DNA from: an uncultured Gemmatimonadaceae bacterium
GTDB taxonomy: Bacteria > Gemmatimonadota > Gemmatimonadetes > Gemmatimonadales > Gemmatimonadaceae
Assembly (NCBI GenBank): GCA_963751275.1
Contig: CAVVTZ010000007.1
Location: 320,001-384,000 of the forward strand
Direction: 5' to 3'
DNA: 64,000 nt
Below, one piece after another: positions 50,259-60,774 of the stretch (position 1 is its first letter; each line of letters begins with the position of its first letter). The position numbers were made by a program, and so were the translations under genes. The notes beneath the pieces are model-generated. The model did no database searches and was not told where the DNA came from. It was given only the letters and a program-made list of their open reading frames with translations.

Positions 50259-53200
50259 TCACGGTGCGGCGAGCGTGCGAAGATGGGCGAGCAGTGGATC
50301 GAGATCGGGATCGGCGGTGGCCCAGAGCGTGGCGGCGGCCGACGCCCACTGCCGCGCGGTGCGCGCGTCGCCCGCGCGCGCGGCCAAGTCCGCCCGCAGC
50401 GCCATCATGCGCACGAGCGACGCCGGCGTCTGCACGTTGTCGAGCAGGAACTGGCCGTACGAGGTGAGGGCGTTGAGCCCGTGGTCGATGAGCGCGGCGG
50501 CGCCGGCGCTGTCGCCGGTGGCGGCCGCGAGCCACGCGTACTGGTAGCGGATGTCGAGCGTGAGTTCGCTCGGCAGCATCTTCGCATCGGCGGCGACGGT
50601 CGCGCGCAGCATCGCGCGCGCCTTCGCGCTGTCGCCGCGGGCGAGCGCGGCCTGCGTCTCGTACAGATCGCCCGCGCCGGCGACGGGCGGCGTGAAAGTC
50701 ACCGCCGGCCGCAGCGGGAAGGCCAACTCGGCGGGAAGCAGCAGCACGGCGTTCCGCACCGTGGCACGCATCGGTGCGGGCACGTTGCCCTGCACCTGTT
50801 CATCCACTTGCTGCTCGAGGCGCATGATGCTGTCGGCGGGGCCGCCCATGGCGACGAAGCCCAGCATCGCGCGCGCGCTCATCGACACCGGCAGCGGCGG
50901 CGTGAGTTCGCGTCCGGCGGGCGTGTACGTCTTGAACTCCACAGCGCTGCGCCGCATGAGATCCACCACGCGCTTCGTCTTGCCGGTGAGCGCGGCGAGC
51001 CCCTTCACCTGGTCCGCTTCGCGCGGCGACGGATCGCCGGTGAGTCCGAGCACGGCGTCGGCCGCCGCGCGCGCCTCGGCCCACCGGCTCCCCTCGATCA
51101 GCACGCGCACGTACACCACGCCGGTGCGGATGCTGTCCGCGCGGTCGTGCGCGAGCGCCCGCGCCGAATCGATCGCCGCGAGCGCGGACTGCGACGGATC
51201 GTTGCTCCCGGTCACGCTGCCCGTGCTCTCGAGGGCGCGCGCGAGCGTCTCGTACGCCGAGGGGCTGCGCGGATATGCGTTCTTCCACGAGCGCGCGATG
51301 CTCAGCAACCGCTCGCGGTTGTTCATCATCGCGCCGGTCGCGTCACTGGTATCCCCGTGGCCGGCGGTCACGTCCGCGAAGCGGTACGGGATGAGCGCCA
51401 TGGTGTCGCCCTTGAGACTCGCTGAGGCCAGGAACCACACGGTGTCGGGGGTGAGCGCGAAGCCGCGGCGGAATTGGGTGCTCTGCGTGAACAGGATCTC
51501 CGACAGCCGCTTGTAGCCGAGGCCGGCGAAGGCGAGGTGCACGGACGGCACGATGCGCAGCGCGCGGTCGTAGGCGTTGATCGCGGACTGGTAGCTGCTG
51601 CGGAAGGCCCAGCCGCTGGGACTCTTGTCGTCGCGCACGACGAGCTGGTCGCGGCGGCGGCAGTCGCCGAGTCCGTACCAGGCGACGAAGTCGAGGGTGT
51701 CGCGCTCGGTCATCGCCTTGTAGCGCGCGCAGGCGGCCGGGTAGTCCATGTTCGCGAGCGCGTTGAGCGCGATCGCGCGCGCGCTGTCCCGCGCGCCAAG
51801 CTGCGCGCGCAGGGCATAGGCGCGGTCCGCGGTCTCGCGCCAATCGGTGGGCTCGCCGGTATTGCGCCAACTCATCACCTGCGCGAGCCAGAAGTGCGCG
51901 TTGGCGAACCCCGGGTCCGCCGACGCGGACTCGCGGAAGAGGCTCTCGGCCTTCGCGAGCTGCCACTGGCCGAGCGCCTCGTGCGCGGCGGTGTAGTCCA
52001 CGAGCGCGGGGATGTTCCGCGTGCCGCGACTGTCCATGTCCACTGCCGGCGATCCCGTCTTGGGCAGGATGAGCGAGTCGGCGAGCTCCGCGAACTTCGT
52101 CTCGGCATTCGAGAGCGAGCTGTCGACGTGCACGGTGAACTCGCGCAGCGTGGATCCGGTCTTCACGTCGTAGACCTTGCCGAGGACGCTGATGTCGGCG
52201 CCGGCCTGCGAGACCTCGCCCCAGATCAGCTTGCCCGCGCCCAGGCTCTTCGCCGTGGAGAGAGCGTCGGGCACCTCGAGCGGACCGTCGGCGTGGCGGC
52301 GCTTCGCGTCCTGCGCGCGCATGCCGTCCACCAGCTTGAGTCCGTTCCACTGCGTGAGCGCATCGTACAGCAGCTGCTGGCAGGCGTTGCCGTTCAGCAA
52401 TCGCGGCGCGGCGCCATCGCGGTGGCGGAAGGGGAGCACCACGTACAGGTCCGCGACGAGGGGCGCCGGCTTGAGCGCGATGATGATCGCGCCGAGCACC
52501 ACCGCGAGGAGCGCGGCGATCGCCCATTTCCATTTCCCGAGCGTCGCGAGCAGCGGACGCGGCTCCTCGCGCCGGCGGCCCATGGTGTCCATCACATCGA
52601 GCGCGCTCGCGAACTCGCCGACGGACGCGAAGCGGTCCGCGGGCACGCGCGAGAGCGCCTTCTGCAGCGCGGCCTCGACCTCGGGCGGCACCTTGTCGCG
52701 CGCTTTGCGGATCGGCGGCGGCGCCTCGGTGAATCGCTGCGCCAGCACGGAGCGTCCCGACGCGCCGACGAAGGGCGGCGCGCCGCCGAGCATCTCGTAG
52801 AGCACGCAGGCGAGCGCGTACTCATCGCTGCGGCCATCGATCGGGTCGCCGCTCGCCTGTTCGGGGCTCATGTAGGCGGGGGTGCCCACCGCGAAGCCAT
52901 CCTCGGTGTTGCGGCGGCCGGCGGCGCGGCTCACGGCGCGTGCGATGCCGAAGTCCGCCACGAGCGCGTGGCCGTTCGTGAGCAGGATGTTCTCCGGCTT
53001 CACGTCGCGGTGGATCACGCCCTGTTCGTGCGCGTACGCGAGCGCGCCGGCCACCTCGCGCGCGAGGCGCAGCGCCTCTGGGACCGGCAGCTGCGACTCG
53101 CGCTGCAGCCGCTCGCGCAGGCTCTCGCCGCCGATGAAGGGCATCACGTAGTAGAGCGCGCCCTCCACCTCGCCCGAGTCGTAGAGCGCGAGGATGTGCG

Positions 53201-54234
53201 GATGCTGCAGCTTGGCGAGCACCGCGATCTCGCTCTGGAAGCGCTCGGTGCCGAACGCGTCGGCGAGCTCGGCGTGGATGAACTTGAGCGCCACGTCGCG
53301 GTCGTGCTTCAGGTCGCGCGCGAGGAACACGGTGGCCATCCCGCCGCGCCCGATCTCGCGCTGGATGAGATAGCGGCCCGCGATCGTCGCGCCGCGCTCG
53401 CGCGAGGAGCTCATCGGCATCTCGGCGTCGTCGGCGAGATCGCGCTCCGAGGGCGCGGTCACGCGGCCGGTGCTGCGGCGGAAGGGCGCCGACGCGCGTG
53501 GCGCCGGCGGCGGCGTGTAGCCCGGCTCCGACTTCAACTTCTCGGCGAACGCGCGCACCGCCTGGTTGGGCGGCGCGCCGAACTCTTCCTTCATCCGGCG
53601 CTCGTGCGCCTCGCCGTGCGCGACGGCGCCCGCGCTGTCGCCGCCCGCCGCGAGCGCGGACATCACCTCGATCGCGACGTGCGTGCTGAGCGGATCGATG
53701 TCGGCGAGGCGGCGCCACCAGCGTGCGGCGGCGGCGTGCTCGCCCATCGCCTTCGCCTCGGAGGCGAGCGCCTCCAGCGCGCCGCGGAAGCGCTGCTCGA
53801 GGCGCAGCCGCTCGCGCTCCACCCACCGCTGGAACTCCGGCGCATCGGGGAGCGTGTAGCCGTCGAGGAAGGGACCGCCGTACACCGCGACCGCGGCCGC
53901 CAGGTCGCGCCGGTCGAGCGCGCGCTCGAACTCCGCGAGGTCGCTCGTGAACTCGGCGGCATCGAGGCGCACATCGGCGGTGCCGTGGAAGAGCGCGTCG
54001 ACGCCGAGGTCCTTCCGCATCGCCGCGAGCATCTCGGACAGCGCGTGGCGCGCGCGATCGGCCTCCGTCTCCGGCCAGAGATACGCGAGCAGCTTGTCGC
54101 GGCTCACGCCCCGGTCGCCGGCGGCGGCGAGGAGCGCGAGCAGCGCCAGGCGGCGCCGTTTCGTGCCGGCGGTGCCGAGCGGCCCCTCGAATGCCATCCA
54201 GGGAGAGGCCACCCAACGCGCTGAGTCTCAGCAT
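50259..54234 (-). CDS. BTAD-like / Ser-Thr kinase / TM / TolB-N-like / TPR receptor kinase (frameshift near 54190)
   Basis: MLRLSALGGLSL...LALLALLAAAG...LWPE...YGGPFLDG...W (SARP/BTAD-like); VALK, HRDVKPEN, DFG, GTPAYMSPEQ; TM WAIAALLAVVLGAIIIAL; YVVLPF; Ala-rich TPR-like helices. Confidence 0.88.
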
Positions 54235-54334
54235 CGTGAGTGGGCCATTTGTGGCGAGGCAATGTTCAAATGCCTATCATAGGGCGCGCGAGAGGCGCGC
54301 ACAAGCAATCCACAGAGCGGAGGACGGGACAGGC

Positions 54335-55882
54335 GTGCATCGATCACCGGGCATCGGCCATCGATACCTGATCACCGCGCTGCTCGCGGGCGCGGCCGCG
54401 TTCGTGGGCGTGCTGCGCATCACGGAGCCGCTTGGCCCGGGGCTCGATCCGGACGCGCGGGGCTATCTCTACGCCGCCGGCACGCTCGCGCACGGCGGCA
54501 CGCTGCGCGACGTGCGCGATGACTGGGTGAGTCCCGACAGCACGCGGTCGCTCACACGGTGGCCGCCGGGATTCTCGGTGGCGGTCGCGGCCGCGGAGGC
54601 GGCGGGTGCGCCGCCGGTGCAGGGGGCGCGCGCGGTGATCGCGCTCTCGGCGTTCGCGGCGATGGCGATCCTCGTGTGGCTCGTGTGCGCGGCGGCGGGG
54701 ACGGATGCGGGGATCGCGCTCGCGCTCGTCCTGCTCGTCTCACCGCCAGTGGCGTTCGTGCACGAGAGCCTGCTCAGCGAACCGCTCTTCCTCGCACTGC
54801 TCGCCGCGACGCTCGCGCTCATGGTGCGCGCGCGGCCCGCACCGCTGGCCGAAGGCGCCACCGCGGCGGCGGCGAGCATGGTGCGCTACGCCGGTCTCGC
54901 GTTCGTGGGCGCCGTGGTGCTCTGGGAACTGCTGCGCGCCGGCGCGTGGCGGGACCGCCTGCGCCGCGCGGCGCTCGCCGCGCTGCCGGCGAGCCTGGTG
55001 AACGCCTGGTGGTGGACCCGGGCGGCGCACACGGGCGGGCGAGGAGCGGTGCGGCATTTCAGTCTGTACGGCGCGATCGGCGACACGCTGCACGAAGGAT
55101 TCGGGACCGTCGTCGCGTGGCTGGCGCCGGGCCTCAATGCGCCCGCGAACGTCATTCTGGCGATCGGGGTGGTGCTTGCTATCGGCGCAACGGCGTTCCT
55201 TGCGCATCGTTCCTCGCGCGTGGAACGTGACGAGGCACGCGGCACGAGCAATGCGGCGCTGCTCAAGGCGTGCGGGTTACTCACTCTCGCCTACCTCGCA
55301 CTGATCCTCCTCGCGCGATTGCTGGCGGATCCGGACATCCCGCTCGACGAGCGCCTCCTCGCGCCGGCGATCGTGCTCGCGAGCGTCGCGGCGGTGGTCG
55401 TGATCGCGGCGTGGTGGCGCGGCGCCGCCATCCCGTGGCGGATCGCCCTCGGCGCCGGCGCCGCGCTCTGGGGGCTCGGCTCGCTCTCGGTCACGCAAGG
55501 CGCGGTGCGCTACGCGCTCGACACGGGCAGCGACTACGCCGATATCTGCTGGAGCGGTTCGCCGGTGACGGCATGGGTGCGCGACCATGGCGCGGGGCAC
55601 GCACTGCTCTCGAACGCGCCGATCGCGCTCTACTTCCACTCGGCGCGCCTCGCGCGTGAGATGCCCGACGAGATGCAGGCGGACTCCGTGCGCCGTTTCG
55701 CCGACACGCTGGCGGCACGGAACGCCTACATCGTGATCTTCGACCGCTCGTGCGCCGAGACGATCGAGCCGCCGGATCCGGTGTTCATGGGAGCGTTGGG
55801 CCTGGTGCCCGAGGTTCAGCTGCGCCGCGGCACGGTCTGGCGCGTGCCCAAGTCGGTCAGTGGTGAACGGCAACGACCTTGA
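54335..55882 (+). CDS. Polytopic membrane protein, GT-C (ArnT/PMT-like) glycosyltransferase-like
   Basis: About 11 hydrophobic segments; DPDARGY, WPPGFS, LLSEPLF, VRYAG. Confidence 0.7.
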   Translation: MHRSPGIGHRYLITALLAGAAAFVGVLRITEPLGPGLDPDARGYLYAAGTLAHGGTLRDVRDDWVSPDSTRSLTRWPPGFSVAVAAAEAAGAPPVQGARAVIALSAFAAMAILVWLVCAAAGTDAGIALALVLLVSPPVAFVHESLLSEPLFLALLAATLALMVRARPAPLAEGATAAAASMVRYAGLAFVGAVVLWELLRAGAWRDRLRRAALAALPASLVNAWWWTRAAHTGGRGAVRHFSLYGAIGDTLHEGFGTVVAWLAPGLNAPANVILAIGVVLAIGATAFLAHRSSRVERDEARGTSNAALLKACGLLTLAYLALILLARLLADPDIPLDERLLAPAIVLASVAAVVVIAAWWRGAAIPWRIALGAGAALWGLGSLSVTQGAVRYALDTGSDYADICWSGSPVTAWVRDHGAGHALLSNAPIALYFHSARLAREMPDEMQADSVRRFADTLAARNAYIVIFDRSCAETIEPPDPVFMGALGLVPEVQLRRGTVWRVPKSVSGERQRP

Positions 55883-55930
55883 ACGAATGCGGCGCTTCGA
55901 ATGTTCTCGCCGCATTCGTTCAAAGTCGTT
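55872..55930. terminator. Bidirectional hairpin terminator
   Basis: aacgaccttgaacgaatgcggcg...cgccgcattcgttcaaagtcgtt between convergent stops. Confidence 0.7.
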
Positions 55931-55943
55931 CCTGCTATCTACA

Positions 55944-56741
55944 TCAGCTGGCTTTCTTGATCTCGATGCTCCCGTTCACGGTCTCGAGCTTGACCTGACG
56001 GCCGCCCTTCCCGAGCGTGGCGTGCAGGTGCCTCGGGTTCACGCGCCCGCTGATCGTGAGCGGGAAATCCGACGTGAGCGAACCGTTCACCGTCTCCATG
56101 TCGACGTCGGCGGCGAAGCTCGCGGGCACCGTCACCGAGATCGAGCCGTTCACCGTGGTGAACTTCAGATCGTCATCGCCCGGTGCGGCATCCATCGCCA
56201 CGCGGATCGAACCGTTCACCGTGTTCGCCACCACGGGGCCCCCCGCGCTCGACGCATCGATGCGGCCGTTCACCGTCTCCGCGCGCACTTCGCTCTGCGC
56301 GCCGGACACATCGAGCCCGCCGTTCACCGTGTTCACGCCGACCTTCACGCCGGCCGGCAGCTTGATCGTGAACTTCACGTTCACGTCGTTGTGGTCGTCC
56401 CAATTCTCGTTGTGGCCATGGTAATGCGCGCCCCGCGCATCGCACGTGGAGCGGTCGCCCCAGAGTGCGCAGATCGTGATGTTGTCCCCGTCCTTCACCA
56501 CCGCGAAGGTGACGTCCTTCGGGTCGCCGTGCCGCCAGTCCTTCTCGGCGGTGACTTCCGCGACATCGCCGGACGCCTTCTCGACGCTGATGGATCCGTT
56601 CAGGTTGCTCACGCGGAGCCAGGAGCCGGCGGCCATCTTGCCGTTCCACTTGAAATTGTCGTCCGAGCTGGTGGTGGTCTGGGCGGCCAGCGGCGCGCTC
56701 AGGAACGCGACGGCGAACGCCGCGGTGATGATCCGGTGCAT
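55944..56741 (-). CDS. Secreted DUF4097 beta-strand repeat protein
   Basis: Own AAGGAGGA RBS and signal peptide MHRIITAAFAVAFLSAPLAA; repeated TVNGxI motifs. Confidence 0.85.
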   Translation of the reverse strand: MHRIITAAFAVAFLSAPLAAQTTTSSDDNFKWNGKMAAGSWLRVSNLNGSISVEKASGDVAEVTAEKDWRHGDPKDVTFAVVKDGDNITICALWGDRSTCDARGAHYHGHNENWDDHNDVNVKFTIKLPAGVKVGVNTVNGGLDVSGAQSEVRAETVNGRIDASSAGGPVVANTVNGSIRVAMDAAPGDDDLKFTTVNGSISVTVPASFAADVDMETVNGSLTSDFPLTISGRVNPRHLHATLGKGGRQVKLETVNGSIEIKKAS

Positions 56742-56743
56742 GG

Positions 56744-57701
56744 TCAATCCTCCTTGGACTTGGAACCGCCGCAACCTGTCGATGGTGACGTCGCCGCTGA
56801 AGGTCTCGATGCCGAAGCGCGCGCCGCCGCCGCCGATCTGGAATGTCATGTTCTTGTTGCGCCCTTCTCCCGACGAGCCGCCGGGCATGAGGATCATCGC
56901 GCAGGAACTGTTGAAGTCCCCGCTGTAGCCGCGCACGCTCACCGTGGCGCCGACGCCGCGCGGCAGGGCGAGAGTGAACGAGCCCGAGTGGGAGTTGAAC
57001 TCATAGCGCCCCTTCGGATCCACCGTGCCGTCGAACTCGAGATCGCCGCTCACGGTCCCTGTCCGCACGTACGAACTCCTGATCGCGTGGAGTTTCATCT
57101 CGCCGCTCACGGTCTGCACCTGCAGATCGCCGGCGACGCCGCTGAGCTCGATGTCGCCGCTCACCGCGCTCGCCTTCACGCCACCGCCCAGATCGGACGC
57201 GGTGACACTGCCCGAGACGCTCTGCAGCGCGGCGCGGCCGGTGACGTTGGTCACCACGACGTCGCCGCTGATGCTCGTCGCCTCCAGTTCGCCGGCGCCC
57301 TTGATCGTGACCTCGCCGGAGATGCTCGATGCCGAGACGCGGGCGTCGCGCGGCACCATCACCTCGAAGTGCGTGTCATCGTCATCGTCGCCGTCCTGCC
57401 GGTCGATCTCGAGCGTGACGCGCGACAATGACGCGTCGAAGCGGATGTCGCCGCTCTCGCTGGTCGCGTGGACCTGGACTTGCGGCTTGTCCCAGCCCGT
57501 GACTTTGATGTCGCCGGAGATCAGCGACACTTCCACCGTGGCGCCGCGGCCCACCGACACGGTGGTGTCAATGCGGCTCACGCCGTCCTCGTCGCGGTTG
57601 TCGTGCTTGCTCTTGTGCTTGGATTGGGCGGCCGCCGGGAGGGCGATCGCGAAGAGCGCCAAGAGCGCGAAGGAGCTGATGCGGGTCTTCATGGTGGTCA
57701 T
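56744..57701 (-). CDS. Secreted DUF4097 beta-strand repeat protein (stop probably at 56744 after a 1-nt error near 56775)
   Basis: Signal peptide; repeated S(I/V)SGDI motifs; alternative frame ends GSKSKED-TGA over the next gene's RBS. Confidence 0.8.
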
Positions 57702-57704
57702 CTC

Positions 57705-58391
57705 TCAGGTGCGGGCGGGGAGGAGTGCCGCGGTGCGCAGCAGTCCAACCTTCTGGTCGAGTACGCGAGTGAGCTGTTCGTTCAGGAAGCGGCTGCGCGG
57801 ATCCTTCGCGAGGGCCGCGCGGCTCTCGGCGATCGCGTGGTCGATCACGAGCAGGTTCTTCTCGATGATCTTCACGGTGGTCGTGTCGAGTTCGCCGCGG
57901 CGGAGCTTCACCGCGGAGTCGAGCTGCGCGATCTCGGTGTCGTACGTTTGGATGAGGCGCTGAGACGCGAGCGTGCCGCCCGGCGCGCCGGGCGCGGGCG
58001 CCGGCGCGGCCGTCACCGGCGTACTCTGGTTGAGCATTGCCTGCCGCGTGAGCAGCGAGCTGCCGATGATCAGGATCGCGGCGGCCGCCGCGTACCGGAC
58101 GACGCGCCATCCGCGGCGCGCCATCGGAGCCGGAGCGCGCTCGCCGAGCGACAGCACCCGCGGCTCGATCCGGGCCGCGATGCCGCTCCACAGATCGTGC
58201 GCGGGGGAGAGCACGGGCAGCGCGGCCGCACTGGCCGGCCGTTCGTCGAGCGCGGCGAGCACGCCGGCACAGCGCGCGCAGCCGCGGAGGTGCAGCTCGA
58301 CCGCCGCCCGGGTGGGCGCGTCGAGCGTTTCGTTCAGATAGTCGGCGAGCCGCACATCCAGCTCAGCGCAGGTCATCGTCATGTCGGTCAT
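57705..58391 (-). CDS. Zinc-finger (zf-HC2) anti-sigma factor with one TM helix
   Basis: MTCAELD...HLRGCARC (HxxxCxxC); TM YAAAAAILIIGSSLL; ATGA overlap with the sigma gene. Confidence 0.88.
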   Translation of the reverse strand: MTDMTMTCAELDVRLADYLNETLDAPTRAAVELHLRGCARCAGVLAALDERPASAAALPVLSPAHDLWSGIAARIEPRVLSLGERAPAPMARRGWRVVRYAAAAAILIIGSSLLTRQAMLNQSTPVTAAPAPAPGAPGGTLASQRLIQTYDTEIAQLDSAVKLRRGELDTTTVKIIEKNLLVIDHAIAESRAALAKDPRSRFLNEQLTRVLDQKVGLLRTAALLPART

Positions 58392-58969
58392 CTCTCCAGT
58401 GCCTCCCGGAGGAGCATCCGCGCGCGGTGCAGCTGCGCTTTGGTGCCTCCCGATGTCACGCCGAGCATCTCGGCGATCTCCTCGTGCTTGTAGCCTTCCA
58501 CGTCGTGCAGTACGAACACCCGGCGCGCGCCGGGGGGCAGTGTCGCGATCGCCGCCTCGATGTCCATCCGGTCCGCGTGACGCGGGGCCTCGCGGCCCCC
58601 GAACTGCGCCTCGGGATCGTCTTGCTCTTCGCCCAGCTGGTCCGGCGCGACGCGCGATCGTTCGCGGCTCGCCGTCTTCCGGTCGTTCAATACCACGTTC
58701 ACTGCCACCCGGTGGATCCAGGTGCCGAAGGCGCTGTCGCCGCGGAACTGCGGCAGCTTGTCCCACGCGCGGACGAACACATCCTGCGTGAGCTCCTCCG
58801 CATGCTCGCGGTTCCCGCACATGCGCGCGCAGAGCGAGAAGACACGGTCCACGTGGGAACGGTAGAGCCGTTCGAACGCCCGCCGGTCACCCCCCGCAGC
58901 CAACGCCGCATCGGCGCTGCTGTCAGCGGACGGTTTCGCGACTTCCACGTGCAGGGCGGCGGCGAGCAT
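58388..58969 (-). CDS. ECF RNA polymerase sigma factor
   Basis: GDRRAFERLY, AEELTQDVFVRAW, FGTWIHRVAVN, LHDVEGYKHEEIAEMLG, KAQLHRAR. Confidence 0.93.
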   Translation of the reverse strand: MLAAALHVEVAKPSADSSADAALAAGGDRRAFERLYRSHVDRVFSLCARMCGNREHAEELTQDVFVRAWDKLPQFRGDSAFGTWIHRVAVNVVLNDRKTASRERSRVAPDQLGEEQDDPEAQFGGREAPRHADRMDIEAAIATLPPGARRVFVLHDVEGYKHEEIAEMLGVTSGGTKAQLHRARMLLREALER

Positions 58970-59000
58970 CCAGGTCCGTTCTCCTTGTGGTCACTGGATA

Positions 59001-59028
59001 GGATGCTCGGGAGGGACGAATGGTTTGA
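59001..59028 (-). promoter_or_regulatory. Possible autoregulatory ECF promoter (TCAAAC-N16-GCATCC)
   Basis: AAC-N17-CATC just upstream of the sigma gene RBS. Confidence 0.3.
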
Positions 59029-59035
59029 AGGCCCC

Positions 59036-59699
59036 TCACGGGGCGCCGAGCCGAGCGATGAGCGCGGGGAAATCGGCCATCCGCTTCACCCGGTGCTTCG
59101 GATGAGCGGTGTCGAGATCGGCGGCGCTGAATGGCCCCCACTCCGCCGCCACCGAAATGACGCCGGCCGCGTTCGCGGCCAGCATGTCGTGCGGCGAATC
59201 GCCCAGGAACACGGCTTCCGCGGGCGGGTAGCCAAGCGCACGGAGCGCCGTCTGCACCGGTTCCGGATGCGGCTTGTGGCGTTCGGTGCTTTCCATGCCG
59301 ATGATGACATCGATCGTATCGCGCAGTCCGGTGAATGCGAGCGCGCGCTCGGCGAGATCGGTCATCTTCGACGTGACGAGGGCGGTGGGATGGGCACGGG
59401 CGCGCAATTGCTGCATGGCCTCGCGCACACCGTCATAGGCGCGCATGAGGCGGTCGTGGTGCCGCATCTGGAATTCCCGGTAGGTGACGGTCATCGCACG
59501 GGCGACGTCGTCGTCCTGCGTGAATTCGCGGAGCTGGGTGAAGAGGGGCGTGCCGAGTCCGGCGATCCAGCGCGCATCGGGGGGCACGGCGCCGAGGTGC
59601 GTGGCGAAGGTGTGGCGGAAGGATGAAAGGATGAGCTCGAATGGAATCCACGAGGGTCCCGTCGAGATCGAAGAGCAGCGCGAGCGGGCGGCGGGTCAC
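59036..59699 (-). CDS. HAD family hydrolase (PpaX-like; frameshift near 59640)
   Basis: LFDLDGTLVDS, LVTSK, HKPHPEP, FLGDSPHD. Confidence 0.88.
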
Positions 59700-59771
59700 T
59701 GTCGGATCGTGGTAGGCATCGTTACCTATACTAGGACGTTCGGGCTAACCCTGCACCCCGTGAGGATCGCC

Positions 59772-60225
59772 ATGAAGGCATTGCTTGCGCTCGCGGCCGC
59801 GGTCTTCCTCGCCGCCTCGTCGTGCTCCACCGGCGGCGCGGTGGACATCACCGGCAACTGGAATTATTCGGCGACGTTCGGGGACACCATGCCGGTGCTG
59901 AACTGCGCGACCACCGCCGGCACGCTGCATCTGCACGCAGTCGGGCCCGCAGGTGACCGGCACCTATGCCGGGCTGACGTTCGCCTGCACGGGGGCGGTC
60001 AGCAATACGTTCGGGCCGTATGACGGTCTCATCTCGAACGGCACGATCACGGGCGGCTCGTTGCTGATGAGCTTCGACGTGACGGGATGCTGCGGCGGCA
60101 GCTCTTCGTGGCAGAACACGGGTCTCGCGAGCAACACCATGATCCAGGGAAGTCTGGTGACCGTCCTCACGCTGAACGGCGTGCAGTACACGATGTTCGG
60201 CCACTGGAACGCGAACAAACAATAG
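59772..60225 (+). CDS. Hypothetical lipoprotein (frameshift near 59935)
   Basis: MKALLALAAAVFLAASSC lipobox-like; DITGNW; continues in ORF 59953..60225. Confidence 0.6.
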
Positions 60226-60242
60226 CGGGCGCGCGCGATGGC

Positions 60243-60749
60243 TCAGGGCGGGCGGTGCGCGTTCAGATCCGCCGCGGAGTCCACCGCGAGTTCGAAGGTG
60301 CGCAGGGCGGGCGGCACGTTCTGGCAGCCGAAATAATCGGTGATCTGCTTGGACCATCCGGCGCCGTAGAAGGCGACCACCGCGCCGGGCTGGTCGGTCC
60401 ACGCCTGCGGACAGTATGTCTTGGATGACGGGATGTCATCGGGCAGCGCGGTAAGGCCGGCCTGGTGCGCCTGCGCGAGGAGCGCCTGCACCGCGGCGGG
60501 CGCGATCGTCCACGAGCGTTCGATCACTGCGCGCTGCTCGGTCTGCTCCTGCCAGCGCAGCGCCACGGAGCCGTCGCGCGACAGGCGCATTCTATAGACG
60601 GGGCAGAAGCCGAAGCACGCCGTGCGCTGGAAGACGAGACTGTCGGCCGTGCGCGGATCGGGGCCCACCGCCGTGTCCGGGCGCTGTCCGCCGCACGCGG
60701 CCGTGATGGCCAGCACGCAGGCGAAAGTCCATCCAAGCTGTTTGATCAT
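60243..60749 (-). CDS. DUF6438-like lipoprotein
   Basis: Lipobox TAAC; FQRTACFGFCPVY, WTDQP, DYFGC. Confidence 0.75.
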   Translation of the reverse strand: MIKQLGWTFACVLAITAACGGQRPDTAVGPDPRTADSLVFQRTACFGFCPVYRMRLSRDGSVALRWQEQTEQRAVIERSWTIAPAAVQALLAQAHQAGLTALPDDIPSSKTYCPQAWTDQPGAVVAFYGAGWSKQITDYFGCQNVPPALRTFELAVDSAADLNAHRPP

Positions 60750-60774
60750 ATCCGGTGGACGAGTGACGCGGCGG

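Noticed and set aside
55944..57701. Single 585-aa double-DUF4097 fusion shown in the ORF track
   Set aside because: An internal strong RBS, ATG and second signal peptide at 56741, plus a natural KED-TGA ending one frame away, indicate two genes joined by a 1-nt error.
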